From the NCBI RefSeq assembly GCF_017348835.2, contig NZ_CP071375.1: a DNA stretch of 64,000 nucleotides. The stretch is one strand, 5' to 3'. Source of the DNA: Escherichia coli (GTDB lineage: Bacteria; Pseudomonadota; Gammaproteobacteria; Enterobacterales; Enterobacteriaceae). Below the pieces are notes generated by a model, which ran no database searches, was not told where the DNA came from, and saw only the letters and a list, made by a program, of their open reading frames with translations. Position numbers and translations under genes: made by a program. Positions 47,854 through 58,666 of the stretch are shown here, piece by piece; the stretch's first letter is position 1, and every line of letters begins with the position of its first letter.

Positions 47854-48771
47854 TTATTGTTCATAACGAAAGCGGAATTTTTCTTGTTCAGCAGCGGCTT
47901 TCGCCAGGATCCATTGGCGAAAGGCGGCTATTTTACCCAGTTCTGCCTGGCTGTCATGACAAACCAGATAAAAAGCGTTTTTACTGACCAGAACATCATT
48001 AAACGGGCAAACAAGACGTCCAGCTTCAATTTCAGATTGCGCCATCACGTTATTTGCCAGCGCCACTCCCTGCCCGTGGATAGCCGCTTGCAGCACCATG
48101 GCGCTATGGCTAAAAATTGGCCCTTGCTGAACGTTGATATGATTTAACCCCAACTGTCGGGTATATGTCTGCCAGTCACGGCGCGAAGCATCATGTAATA
48201 ACGTATGTTTAGCCAGATCTTCCGGGGTCTTCAAGGGTTTTTCGCCAGTCAGCAGTAGCGGCGAACACACCGGCAATAAATATTCGGCGTACAGTTTTTC
48301 CACCCGTAGCCCCGGCCAGTTGCCCCGACCATAAAATATCGCCACATCAACATCATCCGCCAGCTTATCTTCCTGACGATCAACCGCCTGGATTCGAACG
48401 TCAATTCCCGGATAAGCTGAATTAAAGCTGGAAAGTCGCGGAACCAACCAATGAATGGCGAAACTGGGGAGTAAACTGACCGTCAACGCCCCCTTGGCGC
48501 TACGGGCCTGGAGTTTACGCGTCGCTTCGGTTAATTGCGAAAATATCTCTTTGATATCGAGGAAATAGCTTTGCCCTTCCTCGGTCAGCAGGAGTGAACG
48601 ATTACGGCGGCGGAACAGTTTTAGCCCCAAAAAATCCTCAAGAGACTTGATTTGATGACTTACTGCGGCCTGGGTCACAAAAAGCTCTTCTGCTGCGCGA
48701 GTGAAACTTAAATGGCGTGCTGCGGCATCAAAAACTCGTAAGGCATTTAGCGGTGGTAATCGTTTAGACAT
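47854..48771 (-). CDS. gcvA: LysR-family regulator of the glycine cleavage system
   Basis: 305-aa ORF MSKRLPPLNALRVFDAAARHLSFTRAAEELFVTQAAVSHQIKSLE... Confidence 0.96.
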   Translation of the reverse strand: MSKRLPPLNALRVFDAAARHLSFTRAAEELFVTQAAVSHQIKSLEDFLGLKLFRRRNRSLLLTEEGQSYFLDIKEIFSQLTEATRKLQARSAKGALTVSLLPSFAIHWLVPRLSSFNSAYPGIDVRIQAVDRQEDKLADDVDVAIFYGRGNWPGLRVEKLYAEYLLPVCSPLLLTGEKPLKTPEDLAKHTLLHDASRRDWQTYTRQLGLNHINVQQGPIFSHSAMVLQAAIHGQGVALANNVMAQSEIEAGRLVCPFNDVLVSKNAFYLVCHDSQAELGKIAAFRQWILAKAAAEQEKFRFRYEQ

Positions 48772-48899
48772 GGCTTTTAAACTTTGATGTTAAATGAATT
48801 TAACAATTAGATCACACTGTGTAACCTATTAGTTTTTTTAATCTGAGCCATTATAAATTGTCCGTTGAGCTTCTACCAGCAAATACCTATAGTGGCGGC

Positions 48900-49105
48900 A
48901 CTTCCTGAGCCGGAACGAAAAGTTTTATCGGAATGCGTGTTCTGGTGAACTTTTGGCTTACGGTTGTGATGTTGTGTTGTTGTGTTTGCAATTGGTCTGC
49001 GATTCAGACCATGGTAGCAAAGCTACCTTTTTTCACTTCCTGTACATTTACCCTGTCTGTCCATAGTGATTAATGTAGCACCGCCTAATTGCGGTGCTTT
49101 TTTTT
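48900..49105 (+). ncRNA. gcvB: GcvB small regulatory RNA (Hfq-dependent, GU-rich R1 region)
   Basis: Divergent from gcvA; begins ACTTCCTGAGCCGGAACGAAAAGTTTTATCGG, contains GTTGTGATGTTGTGTTGTTGTGTTTG, ends at hairpin GCACCGC-ctaatt-GCGGTGC plus T8 (49098-49105). Promoter -35 TTGAGC (48865-70), -10 TATAGT (48888-93). Confidence 0.85.
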
Positions 49106-49121
49106 ACCTTGCGATCGCGAA

Positions 49122-49352
49122 TTACTGATCCAGTTCGACCATCTCTTTCACGTCGGTACGGTTGATCTGCTGTTTGTTGCCATTAGCGTCTTTATACGAA
49201 ATCATACCGGTATCGTTATCAGTCTGTGGTTTGCCGTCAGAGACGATGGTACGTCCGTCATTGGTGTGCATCACATAGTTCGAACCGGAACAGGCGCTCA
49301 GGGCAAAAGTCAGCATACAGGCAGAAATAATTGCGGCAGTCTTTTTCATCAT
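49122..49352 (-). CDS. ygdI: DUF903-family lipoprotein
   Basis: 76-aa [30 protein letters not shown]...; lipobox LSAC. Confidence 0.88.
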   Translation of the reverse strand: MMKKTAAIISACMLTFALSACSGSNYVMHTNDGRTIVSDGKPQTDNDTGMISYKDANGNKQQINRTDVKEMVELDQ

Positions 49353-49540
49353 CTTCTCCTTAAAGCGATTAATAAATCTTAATAGTATTGATTAACAGGC
49401 TAAAATTAACGCCTAACACTATTCAGCATATGTTACTGACGCGGCTTCGCCAGGATATCCAGATAATTCTGATGGTTAGCACTCTCCTTGTATCAAAGTG
49501 AATTTTGCGTCACGATCGGTGCATCAAGCCGAGGAGTACC

Positions 49541-50746
49541 ATGAACGTTTTTAATCCCGCGCAGTTTCGCGCCCAGTTTCCCGCACTACAGGATGCGGGC
49601 GTCTATCTCGACAGCGCCGCGACCGCGCTTAAACCTGAAGCCGTGGTTGAAGCCACTCGGCAGTTTTACAGCCTGAGCGCCGGAAACGTCCATCGCAGCC
49701 AGTTTGCCGAAGCCCAACGCCTGACCGCGCGTTATGAAGCTGCGCGGGAAAAAGTGGCACAATTACTGAATGCATCGGATGACAAAAATATCGTCTGGAC
49801 GCGCGGCACCACTGAATCCATCAACATGGTGGCACAATGCTATGCGCGTCCGCGTCTGCAACCGGGCGATGAGATTATTGTCAGCGTGGCAGAACACCAC
49901 GCCAACCTCGTCCCCTGGCTGATGGTCGCCCAACAAACTGGAGCCAAAGTGGTGAAATTGCCGCTTAATGCGCAACGACTGCCGGATGTCGATTTGTTGC
50001 CGGAACTGATTACTCCCCGTAGTCGGATTCTGGCGTTGGGTCAGATGTCGAACGTTACTGGCGGTTGCCCGGATCTGGCGCGAGCGATTACCTTTGCTCA
50101 TTCAGCCGGGATGGTGGTGATGGTTGATGGTGCTCAGGGGGCGGTGCATTTCCCCGCAGATGTTCAACAACTGGATATCGATTTCTATGCTTTCTCTGGT
50201 CACAAACTGTATGGCCCGACGGGTATCGGCGTGCTGTATGGCAAATCAGAACTGCTGGAAGCGATGTCGCCCTGGCTGGGCGGCGGCAAAATGGTTCACG
50301 AAGTGAGTTTTGACGGCTTCACGACTCAATCTGCGCCGTGGAAACTGGAAGCAGGAACGCCAAATGTGGCTGGTGTCATAGGATTAAGCGCGGCGCTGGA
50401 ATGGCTGGCAGATTACGATATCAACCAGGCCGAAAGCTGGAGCCGTAGTTTAGCAACACTGGCGGAAGATGCGCTGGCGAAACGTCCAGGCTTCCGTTCA
50501 TTCCGCTGCCAGGATTCCAGCCTGCTGGCCTTTGATTTTGCTGGCGTTCATCACAGCGATATGGTGACGCTGCTGGCGGAGTATGGTATTGCCTTGCGGG
50601 CCGGGCAACATTGCGCTCAGCCGCTACTGGCAGAATTAGGCGTAACCGGCACACTGCGCGCCTCTTTTGCGCCATATAATACAAAGAGTGATGTGGATGC
50701 GCTGGTGAATGCCGTTGACCGCGCGCTGGAATTATTGGTGGATTAA
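49541..50746 (+). CDS. csdA: Cysteine desulfurase / sulfinate desulfinase (PLP-dependent, class V)
   Basis: ORF 49505..50746; start at [35 protein letters not shown] (401 aa). Confidence 0.93.
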
Positions 50747-51189
50747 TGACGAACCCGCAATTCGCCGGACATCCGTTCGGCACAACCGTAACCGCAGAAA
50801 CGTTACGCAATACCTTCGCACCGTTGACGCAATGGGAAGATAAATATCGCCAGTTGATCATGCTGGGGAAACAGCTTCCGGCTTTGCCAGACGAGTTAAA
50901 AGCGCAGGCTAAAGAGATTGCCGGATGCGAAAACCGCGTCTGGCTGGGATATACCGTGGCTGAAAACGGTAAAATGCACTTCTTTGGCGACAGCGAAGGA
51001 CGTATAGTACGCGGCCTGCTGGCGGTGCTGTTGACTGCCGTTGAGGGGAAAACCGCCGCCGAATTGCAGGCACAGTCGCCGCTGGCATTGTTTGATGAGC
51101 TGGGATTGCGTGCGCAACTTAGCGCCTCACGCAGCCAGGGGTTAAATGCGTTAAGCGAGGCGATTATCGCTGCGACGAAGCAGGTTTAA
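50746..51189 (+). CDS. csdE: Sulfur acceptor protein CsdE (SufE-like)
   Basis: 147-aa [41 protein letters not shown]...; start overlaps csdA stop (TAATG). Confidence 0.93.
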
Positions 51190-51239
51190 GCACAGAACCG
51201 GGTCGGATAAGACGTTCGCGTCTCATCCGACCTGATTGT

Positions 51240-52046
51240 TTACCCCTGACGCGCCGCTTTCGCCATCATCTTCTTCAGCGCATGAGAAACCGCAACAAAC
51301 CCAAAGGTGGCGGTCACCATCGTTGCCGCGCCAAATCCAGATGCACAATCCATCCGCTTTGGTCCTTCCGCCGTGGCTTTCATCGCACACACCGTGCCGT
51401 CTGACTGCGGGTACACCAATGCTTCGGTAGAGAACACGCAATCCACGCCGAGCTTACCTTTACTGTTTTTCACTACGCCAAAATCGCTTTTCAGGCGCTC
51501 ACGCAACTTCGCCGCCAGCGGGTCCTGAATCGTTTTCGCCAGATCGGTAACCTGAATCTGCGTTGGGTCAATCTGCCCACCCGCGCCACCGGTCGTGACC
51601 AGCGGGATTTTATTGCGCCGACAATAAGCAATCAGCGCCGCTTTGGGTCGTACACTATCAATGGCATCAATCACGTACGAATAACCGGCACTCATATATT
51701 GCGCTACGTTATCCGGCGTCACGAAATCATCCACCACCGTTACACGGCACTCCGGGTTAATCTGGCGAATACGCTCCGCCATTACTTCCGCTTTTGCCTG
51801 CCCGACGTTATCGCGCAGAGCGTGAATTTGCCGATTGGTATTGGTGACGCACACATCATCCATATCGATAAGCGTGATTGCGCCAATCCCCGTGCGCGCC
51901 AGCGCTTCCGCCGCCCAGGAACCGACACCGCCAATACCGACCACACAAATATGCGCGTCAGCAAACAGTTGCAGCGCTTTTTCACCATACAGACGCGCTG
52001 TGCCACCAAAACGCTGACGCCATGCATCACTAATTACCACAGACAT
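51240..52046 (-). CDS. tcdA: tRNA threonylcarbamoyladenosine dehydratase (ThiF/MoeB-like E1 fold)
   Basis: 268-aa ORF MSVVISDAWRQRFGGTARLYGEKALQLFADAHICVVGIGGVGSWAAEALARTG... Confidence 0.93.
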   Translation of the reverse strand: MSVVISDAWRQRFGGTARLYGEKALQLFADAHICVVGIGGVGSWAAEALARTGIGAITLIDMDDVCVTNTNRQIHALRDNVGQAKAEVMAERIRQINPECRVTVVDDFVTPDNVAQYMSAGYSYVIDAIDSVRPKAALIAYCRRNKIPLVTTGGAGGQIDPTQIQVTDLAKTIQDPLAAKLRERLKSDFGVVKNSKGKLGVDCVFSTEALVYPQSDGTVCAMKATAEGPKRMDCASGFGAATMVTATFGFVAVSHALKKMMAKAARQG

Positions 52047-52064
52047 AGCACCTCAGAATAAAAA

Positions 52065-52247
52065 GGGCGAGGTTATCCCTCACCCTAAACGCATAAATGC
52101 CTGATGCGCTACGCTTATCAGGCCTACATAACTCCTGCAATATTTTGGATTTGCATGATTTGTAGGCCGGATAAGGCGTTCACGCCGCATCCGGCATGAA
52201 CAACGCGCACTTAGTCAATAATCAGGATGTGAGGTTACCCCTCACCC
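52065..52247. repeat. Composite REP cluster (BIME-like): two REP units bracketed by two small GC hairpins with near-identical sequence
   Basis: Hairpin GGGCGAGGTTATCCCTCACCC (52065-85); REP GCCTGATGCGCTACGCTTATCAGGC (52099-123); REP GCCGGATAAGGCGTTCACGCCGCATCCGGC (52166-95); hairpin GTGAGGTTACCCCTCACCC (52229-47). Confidence 0.7.
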
Positions 52248-52283
52248 TGTCATATCCGTAAAAACGGCATACAGAATATCACA

Positions 52284-53381
52284 TCAGCCACTAAAGACGT
52301 TACCTGCGCCCGGAGCCGTTTTCAGCACCCAAACCCGTCCATAGTGGTTGTACCAACCTGCGCGGTGTCCGGCTTCCGGCCCGATCCCTTGATAGATATC
52401 GAAGTGTTGGCCTTTGATTGCGCCACCGACATCCAGCGCCACCATCAGACGCAATTCGTACTGACCATTAAATTTGCCGTTATTATCCAGCAGCGGCACT
52501 TCTGCCAGCAAGGTTGTACCTGGCGGAATAATGGAACGATCAGAGGCAACAGAAGCACGGCCAACCAGCGGCACCGCACTTGCCCCTTTCACCGGTGCAA
52601 AAGATTGAGGTTTAAAGAAGACGAAAGACGGGTTCTGTTCCAGCAGCTCGCGAACCTCGGCTTCACTGTGTGTTTCGCCCCAGTGACGAATCGCCTGCAT
52701 CGACATGTCTTCTTTTTTCACTTCGCCACGGTCGATCAGCACCTTACCAATGCTGCGATAGGCATGACCGTTTTTCCCTGCATAGCTGAAAAAGTTAAGC
52801 GGACTGCCATCACCAAAGTCGATATACCCACTACCCTGCACATCCATAATGAAGTTATCCATCAGAGAGTTGCTGTAAGCGAGGATGTATTTATCGCCCA
52901 ATGCCCCTGCGTAGATCTCCGCACGAGACGGCAGACGACCACGTTTTGGCGGCATACGGTAAATAGGATACTGGAACTCGCCCTGGCGGGTATGGCGCGC
53001 CTGAATTACCGGCGTGTAATAGCCTGTAAACTGCACGTTACCATAGTTGTCGGCACCTTCCATCTGCCAGGCATCAATGCCGAACTGGCGCATATTGCGG
53101 GTATCACCGCCTGCGCGCAGCCACTCTTGCACCGCGTTATAAACATTACTCTGGTTGCCATACAGACGCGGTGACGAATTACGGATATGGTTAATTTGCT
53201 CGGCAAAATCACCGGCGTTAATCGGCGCGCCAACGGCATCTGGCTGGTTCACCAGAGAGAAAGGCTGGGTAAATTTCCCGTCTTTATATTGCTGTCCGCG
53301 ATCGGTTGGTTTGGAAGAGCAGGCGGCAAGCATTGCCACAACCGTGCCCATAAGAAGGTACTTTACCCAACGTCCTTTCAT
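52284..53381 (-). CDS. mltA: Membrane-bound lytic murein transglycosylase A
   Basis: ORF 52284..53480; start at MKGRWVKYLLMGTVVAMLAACSS (lipobox LAAC; 365 aa). Confidence 0.93.
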   Translation of the reverse strand: MKGRWVKYLLMGTVVAMLAACSSKPTDRGQQYKDGKFTQPFSLVNQPDAVGAPINAGDFAEQINHIRNSSPRLYGNQSNVYNAVQEWLRAGGDTRNMRQFGIDAWQMEGADNYGNVQFTGYYTPVIQARHTRQGEFQYPIYRMPPKRGRLPSRAEIYAGALGDKYILAYSNSLMDNFIMDVQGSGYIDFGDGSPLNFFSYAGKNGHAYRSIGKVLIDRGEVKKEDMSMQAIRHWGETHSEAEVRELLEQNPSFVFFKPQSFAPVKGASAVPLVGRASVASDRSIIPPGTTLLAEVPLLDNNGKFNGQYELRLMVALDVGGAIKGQHFDIYQGIGPEAGHRAGWYNHYGRVWVLKTAPGAGNVFSG

Positions 53382-53548
53382 TGTTCTCTTCTTCAGGTTA
53401 AAAAATAAGGCGCAACGAAGATAACAAACCGCCGCGTTTAATGAAATGAGCAGCCTCTCCCTGACGCAAATTTTGCACAAAAAATAGCCTTTAGTGATTT
53501 GTTTTTGTTCAAAATCATGCTAAATCCGTGATCGGGGTAAAAAAAAGG

Positions 53549-53576
53549 TTGCATGAAAACGCGAGCGGAGTATAGT
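53549..53576 (+). promoter_or_regulatory. Putative sigma70 promoter of the tRNA-fMet cluster (-35 TTGCAT, 16-bp spacer, -10 TATAGT, GC-rich discriminator)
   Basis: TTGCAT at 53549-54 and TATAGT at 53571-76, followed by GCGC; first tRNA starts at 53590. Confidence 0.6.
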
Positions 53577-53589
53577 GCGCTTCCACGGA

Positions 53590-53666
<77 letters not shown>

Positions 53667-53699
53667 ATTAAAATTTGATGAAGTAAAGCAGTACGGTGA

Positions 53700-53776
<77 letters not shown>

Positions 53777-53809
53777 ATCAAATTTGATGAAGTAAAAGCA
53801 GTACGGTGA

Positions 53810-53886
<77 letters not shown>

Positions 53887-53895
53887 ATTATTGAA

Positions 53896-53916
53896 CGCCC
53901 TAACGGGTGTTTTTTT
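53896..53916 (+). terminator. Rho-independent terminator after the tRNA cluster
   Basis: CGCCC-taac-GGGTG hairpin followed by T7 (53910-53916). Confidence 0.6.
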
Positions 53917-53961
53917 GTTTCTGGTCTCCCATAAAAAAAAGCGCCATTCAGCGCCTTTTTA

Positions 53962-55215
53962 TCATCCCCTTCTCGCCAGCGTCGCCCCATCGGCAAAATA
54001 CGCTTTAATCCCCGCAAGAATAGACTCCGCAACTTCCTGCTGGAAAGTCGCCGTTTTCAGTTTACGCTCTTCCTCAACGTTACTGATAAACGCCGTTTCG
54101 ACCAGAATGGAGGGAATATCTGGTGCCTTTAGTACGGCAAACCCGGCCTGTTCAACTTGATTTTTATGCAGCTTGTTGATTTTACCGAGCTTATTCAGTA
54201 CCGCTTTACCAAACTTCAGGCTGTCGGCAATGGTCAGCGACTGCACCATATCGAACATGGTGTGGTCGACATAGCGGTCACCGCTTTTGCTCACGCCACC
54301 AATCAAGTCCGAGGCGTTCTGGGTTTGTGCCAGATATTTTGCCGCAGTACTGGTTGCGCCTTTGGTTGAGAGCGCAAACACCGAGGAACCGCTCGGCTGG
54401 CGACTGGTAAAGGCGTCGGCATGGATAGAGACAAACAGGTCAGCACGCTGTTTCTGGGCTTTTGCTACGCGCACTTGCAACGGAATGAAGATGTCTTCAT
54501 TGCGCGTCATGTACACCTTCATATTGCCCTCTTTCTCGATCAGAGAGCGCAAACGGCGAGCTATTTGCAATACCACATCTTTTTCGCGCGTTTTGTATTT
54601 CCCCACCGCACCGGAGTCTTCGCCACCGTGGCCAGGGTCAAGCATAATGACAATCGGACGATCGCGCCCTGCTTTACCCGGTTGTGGACCACTTTGCGCT
54701 GGCGGCACCTGCTTTTCGAGGTCGCCTTTGTTGTAATCCTCCAGCAGCGCCAGCAGCGGATCCTGCATATCCTGTGCATTGGCCGGATAGAGGTCCATCA
54801 CCAGACGCTCTTTAAACCCGGCGACCGGCGCAAGGGCAAACAGCTGCGGTTTTACGTTTTGCTTTAATTCAAAAACCATCCGTACGGTTTGCGGGTCAAA
54901 TTGCCCGACGCGCGCCGACTTGATGAACGGGTCGTCTGCACGAATTTGTGCCGCCATCCCCTTGAGTACCGAGTTCAGGTTTACATCTTCGATATCCACC
55001 ACCACGCGTTCAGGGTTACTCAACGCGAACTGCTTATATTTCAGCTGACGATTTGATTCTACCGTCACGCGGGTGTAGCTGGACGCAGGCCAGACGCGCA
55101 CCGCCACGACCTGGCTGACCGCAGCCAGGCTGACCTGACTTACGCTCAATAGCCACATGGCGCCCGCGCCTTGCAGTAAACGACGACGGCTGATTGCAGT
55201 GTTGGATCCTGACAT
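53962..55215 (-). CDS. amiC: N-acetylmuramoyl-L-alanine amidase AmiC (Tat-exported)
   Basis: ORF 53962..55305; start at [23 protein letters not shown] (twin-arginine signal; 417 aa). Confidence 0.93.
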
Positions 55216-55446
55216 GCCTCTCCCGAGCAAAAGAAATCTAAGCTGTGTAACAAGTAAACGACTAATTTGACCGGAAACTTTAGCGAAAGACGCATAATCT
55301 GTCATCTAATAAACGGTAAACATTCTTTTTATATTCACGGCATTACTGATAAAAAAGTCGCTCTCGCATAAAATTTGCACTTGCGCACGGCGAAAAAACA
55401 GAATAAAAATACAATAATTTCGAATAATCATGCAAAGAGGTGTGCC

Positions 55447-56778
55447 GTGGTAAAGGAACGTAAAACCGAGCTGGTCGAGGGATTCCGCCATTCGGTTCCC
55501 TATATCAATACCCACCGGGGAAAAACGTTTGTCATCATGCTCGGCGGTGAAGCCATTGAGCATGAGAATTTCTCCAGTATCGTTAATGATATCGGGTTGT
55601 TGCACAGCCTCGGCATCCGTCTGGTGGTGGTCTATGGCGCACGTCCGCAGATCGACGCAAATCTGGCTGCGCATCACCACGAACCGCTGTATCACAAGAA
55701 TATACGTGTGACCGACGCCAAAACACTGGAACTGGTGAAGCAGGCTGCGGGAACATTGCAACTGGATATTACTGCTCGCCTGTCGATGAGTCTCAATAAC
55801 ACGCCGCTGCAGGGCGCGCATATCAACGTCGTCAGTGGCAATTTTATTATTGCCCAGCCGCTGGGCGTCGATGACGGCGTGGATTACTGCCATAGCGGGC
55901 GTATCCGGCGGATTGATGAAGACGCGATCCATCGTCAACTGGACAGCGGTGCAATAGTGCTAATGGGGCCGGTCGCTGTTTCAGTCACTGGCGAGAGCTT
56001 TAATCTGACCTCGGAAGAGATTGCCACTCAACTGGCCATCAAACTGAAAGCTGAAAAGATGATTGGTTTTTGCTCTTCCCAGGGCGTCACTAATGACGAC
56101 GGTGATATTGTCTCAGAACTTTTCCCTAACGAAGCGCAAGCGCGGGTAGAAGCCCAGGAAGAGAAAGGTGATTACAACTCCGGTACGGTGCGCTTTTTGC
56201 GTGGCGCAGTGAAAGCCTGCCGCAGCGGCGTGCGTCGCTGTCATTTAATCAGTTATCAGGAAGATGGCGCGCTGTTGCAAGAGTTGTTCTCACGCGACGG
56301 TATCGGTACGCAGATTGTGATGGAAAGCGCCGAGCAGATTCGTCGCGCAACAATCAACGATATTGGCGGTATTCTGGAGTTGATTCGCCCGCTGGAGCAG
56401 CAAGGTATTCTGGTACGCCGTTCTCGCGAGCAGCTGGAGATGGAAATCGATAAATTCACCATTATTCAGCGCGATAACACGACTATTGCCTGCGCCGCGC
56501 TCTATCCGTTCCCGGAAGAAAAGATTGGGGAAATGGCCTGTGTGGCAGTTCACCCGGATTACCGCAGTTCATCACGGGGCGAGGTTCTGCTGGAACGCAT
56601 TGCCGCTCAGGCGAAGCAGAGCGGCTTAAGCAAATTGTTTGTGCTGACCACGCGCAGTATTCACTGGTTCCAGGAACGTGGATTTACCCCAGTGGATATT
56701 GATTTACTGCCCGAGAGCAAAAAGCAGTTGTACAACTACCAGCGTAAATCCAAAGTGTTGATGGCGGATTTAGGGTAA
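55447..56778 (+). CDS. argA: N-acetylglutamate synthase
   Basis: ORF 55375..56778; GTG start placed at 55447 ([36 protein letters not shown]..., 443 aa). Confidence 0.9.
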   Translation: MVKERKTELVEGFRHSVPYINTHRGKTFVIMLGGEAIEHENFSSIVNDIGLLHSLGIRLVVVYGARPQIDANLAAHHHEPLYHKNIRVTDAKTLELVKQAAGTLQLDITARLSMSLNNTPLQGAHINVVSGNFIIAQPLGVDDGVDYCHSGRIRRIDEDAIHRQLDSGAIVLMGPVAVSVTGESFNLTSEEIATQLAIKLKAEKMIGFCSSQGVTNDDGDIVSELFPNEAQARVEAQEEKGDYNSGTVRFLRGAVKACRSGVRRCHLISYQEDGALLQELFSRDGIGTQIVMESAEQIRRATINDIGGILELIRPLEQQGILVRRSREQLEMEIDKFTIIQRDNTTIACAALYPFPEEKIGEMACVAVHPDYRSSSRGEVLLERIAAQAKQSGLSKLFVLTTRSIHWFQERGFTPVDIDLLPESKKQLYNYQRKSKVLMADLG

Positions 56779-56790
56779 GCGATGAAAATC

Positions 56791-56832
56791 GCCGGATGCG
56801 GCAGGCGTAACACTCGTGCGTCGCATCCGGCA
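56791..56832. repeat. REP element between argA and recD
   Basis: GCCGGATGCG...CGCATCCGGC imperfect palindrome. Confidence 0.65.
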
Positions 56833-56839
56833 ATTACGT

Positions 56840-58666
56840 TTATTCCCGCGAACTAAACAACGCCGCCAGACCACTGCGCCGCTCAGTACGAGTGGCGATT
56901 GCCGCACTTAATATACGCTCATCGGCATACAGCGACAGACGGCGACGCGCGCGGGTCACCGCGGTGTATACCAGCTCTCGCGTTACTACCGGCGTGCGTT
57001 GGCTCGGTAAAATCAACGCCGCATGGTCGAACTCCGATCCCTGCGATTTATGTACCGTCATCGCCCACGTAGTTTCGTGCTCTGGCAAGCGACTCGGTTG
57101 CACAGACTTAATATTGCCGTCCGGCATCGCAAACCAGACGCGCGTCCCCTGCCCGCGATCCAGCGCAATACCGATATCGCCATTAAACAACCCAAGCGCG
57201 CTGTCATTACGGGCAATCATCACCGGTCGGCCTTCGTACCAACGAGAGTGCAGATGACGATGAATTTTGCGCTTCTGTTGCATAAACTGCTCAATTCGTT
57301 CATTCAGTCCAGCTACGCCAAACGGCCCTTCCCGCAGGGCGCACAAAAGCTGGTACTCATTGAACGCCTGAATGATTAAATCCGGCTCGGCACGCGCTTG
57401 CAGCAGATCCAGATAACGTCCGTAACCCGCAAGAGCTTCCTCAAGCATCGCAATATAATCTTCGCCGCTCTGTAAAAGTCGTTTTTCGATATCAGTAAAA
57501 TCCTGCTGAAAAACGGTTTTCACTGCCGTTTTATCACCACGGTTGATCGCCGCAGCTAACTGACCAATGCCAGAATCGTTGCCGAAACGATAGCTTTTTT
57601 GCAGCAGGCAGAGACTGTCGCGCAAAGATGCCGCTTCTGTGCCAGTTCCTGCCGGAACGTGAGTCCCCGTCAGGCGGCTTAGCTGCCTGGCACGCTCGGC
57701 GGTAAAGCCCGCGTTGGCATAAGCGCAGATATCGCCCAGCACAGCCCCAGCCTCAACCGAGGCCAGTTGATCACGATCGCCGAGAAAGATCACTCGCGCA
57801 TGATCTGGCAAGGCGTCGATCAGTCTCGACATCATAGGCAGATCGATCATTGACGCTTCATCTACCACCAGCACATCAAGATGCAGCGGGTTACCGGCAT
57901 GATGACGTAAACGCTGGCTACCCGGCTGCGCGCCCAGCAATCGGTGCAAAGTGCTGGCATCTTCCGGAATGCGTTTCTTTTGTTCATCGGTCAGCGGTAA
58001 CTGTCGCAAAGCCTTGCCGAGAGATTCGGTTAAGCGCGCGGCAGCTTTACCCGTTGGTGCAGCCAGACGGATACGGCAGCGTTCGCCGTCGGCCATTTGA
58101 ATTAACGCTGCCAGCAACTTCGCCACGGTGGTCGTTTTACCGGTGCCTGGGCCGCCGGAAATCACCGAGATCCGCCGCGTCAGCGCCACTGCCGCTGCAA
58201 CTTTTTGCCAGTTAATTTCATCGCTTACTGGAAAAAGTTTGTCCAGGGTTTGCGCCAGTAGAGCTTCATCAACCTCGATGGCATGATTCACCTCATTGAA
58301 GAAGCGCGCTACCGTCCGCTCGTTACACCACATGCGATTCAAATAAAGACGATCGCCACAGAGGATCATCGGCGTGGGTTCATCTCCCCTGCTGACCGCT
58401 TGAGAAGCCAACAAGCATTCTTCCCAATTTTGTAGCTCACCGATTTCACTGACACAGGTCGCCAACAGCGGATGCGACGCCTCGTTATTTTCCAGTCGTG
58501 AAAGCGGCAAACAAACGTGTCCCTCTCCGGCATCATGACTTAACAGTGCCGCCGCGAGGGTGACGGCAGGATGTTCATCTCCCGCCACGGTCAGGGCAAA
58601 TTGCACATCCAGCGGGCGTAGCTGTTTGTGCTCCACAGCTTCCAGTAATTGCTTTTGCAATTTCAT
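56840..58666 (-). CDS. recD: Exodeoxyribonuclease V alpha subunit (RecD helicase)
   Basis: 608-aa [30 protein letters not shown]...; Walker [10 protein letters not shown]. Confidence 0.97.
   Translation of the reverse strand: MKLQKQLLEAVEHKQLRPLDVQFALTVAGDEHPAVTLAAALLSHDAGEGHVCLPLSRLENNEASHPLLATCVSEIGELQNWEECLLASQAVSRGDEPTPMILCGDRLYLNRMWCNERTVARFFNEVNHAIEVDEALLAQTLDKLFPVSDEINWQKVAAAVALTRRISVISGGPGTGKTTTVAKLLAALIQMADGERCRIRLAAPTGKAAARLTESLGKALRQLPLTDEQKKRIPEDASTLHRLLGAQPGSQRLRHHAGNPLHLDVLVVDEASMIDLPMMSRLIDALPDHARVIFLGDRDQLASVEAGAVLGDICAYANAGFTAERARQLSRLTGTHVPAGTGTEAASLRDSLCLLQKSYRFGNDSGIGQLAAAINRGDKTAVKTVFQQDFTDIEKRLLQSGEDYIAMLEEALAGYGRYLDLLQARAEPDLIIQAFNEYQLLCALREGPFGVAGLNERIEQFMQQKRKIHRHLHSRWYEGRPVMIARNDSALGLFNGDIGIALDRGQGTRVWFAMPDGNIKSVQPSRLPEHETTWAMTVHKSQGSEFDHAALILPSQRTPVVTRELVYTAVTRARRRLSLYADERILSAAIATRTERRSGLAALFSSRE

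Noticed and set aside
52344-53174. 276-aa plus-strand ORF antisense to mltA
   Set aside because: Embedded antisense in mltA; no support as a coding sequence.
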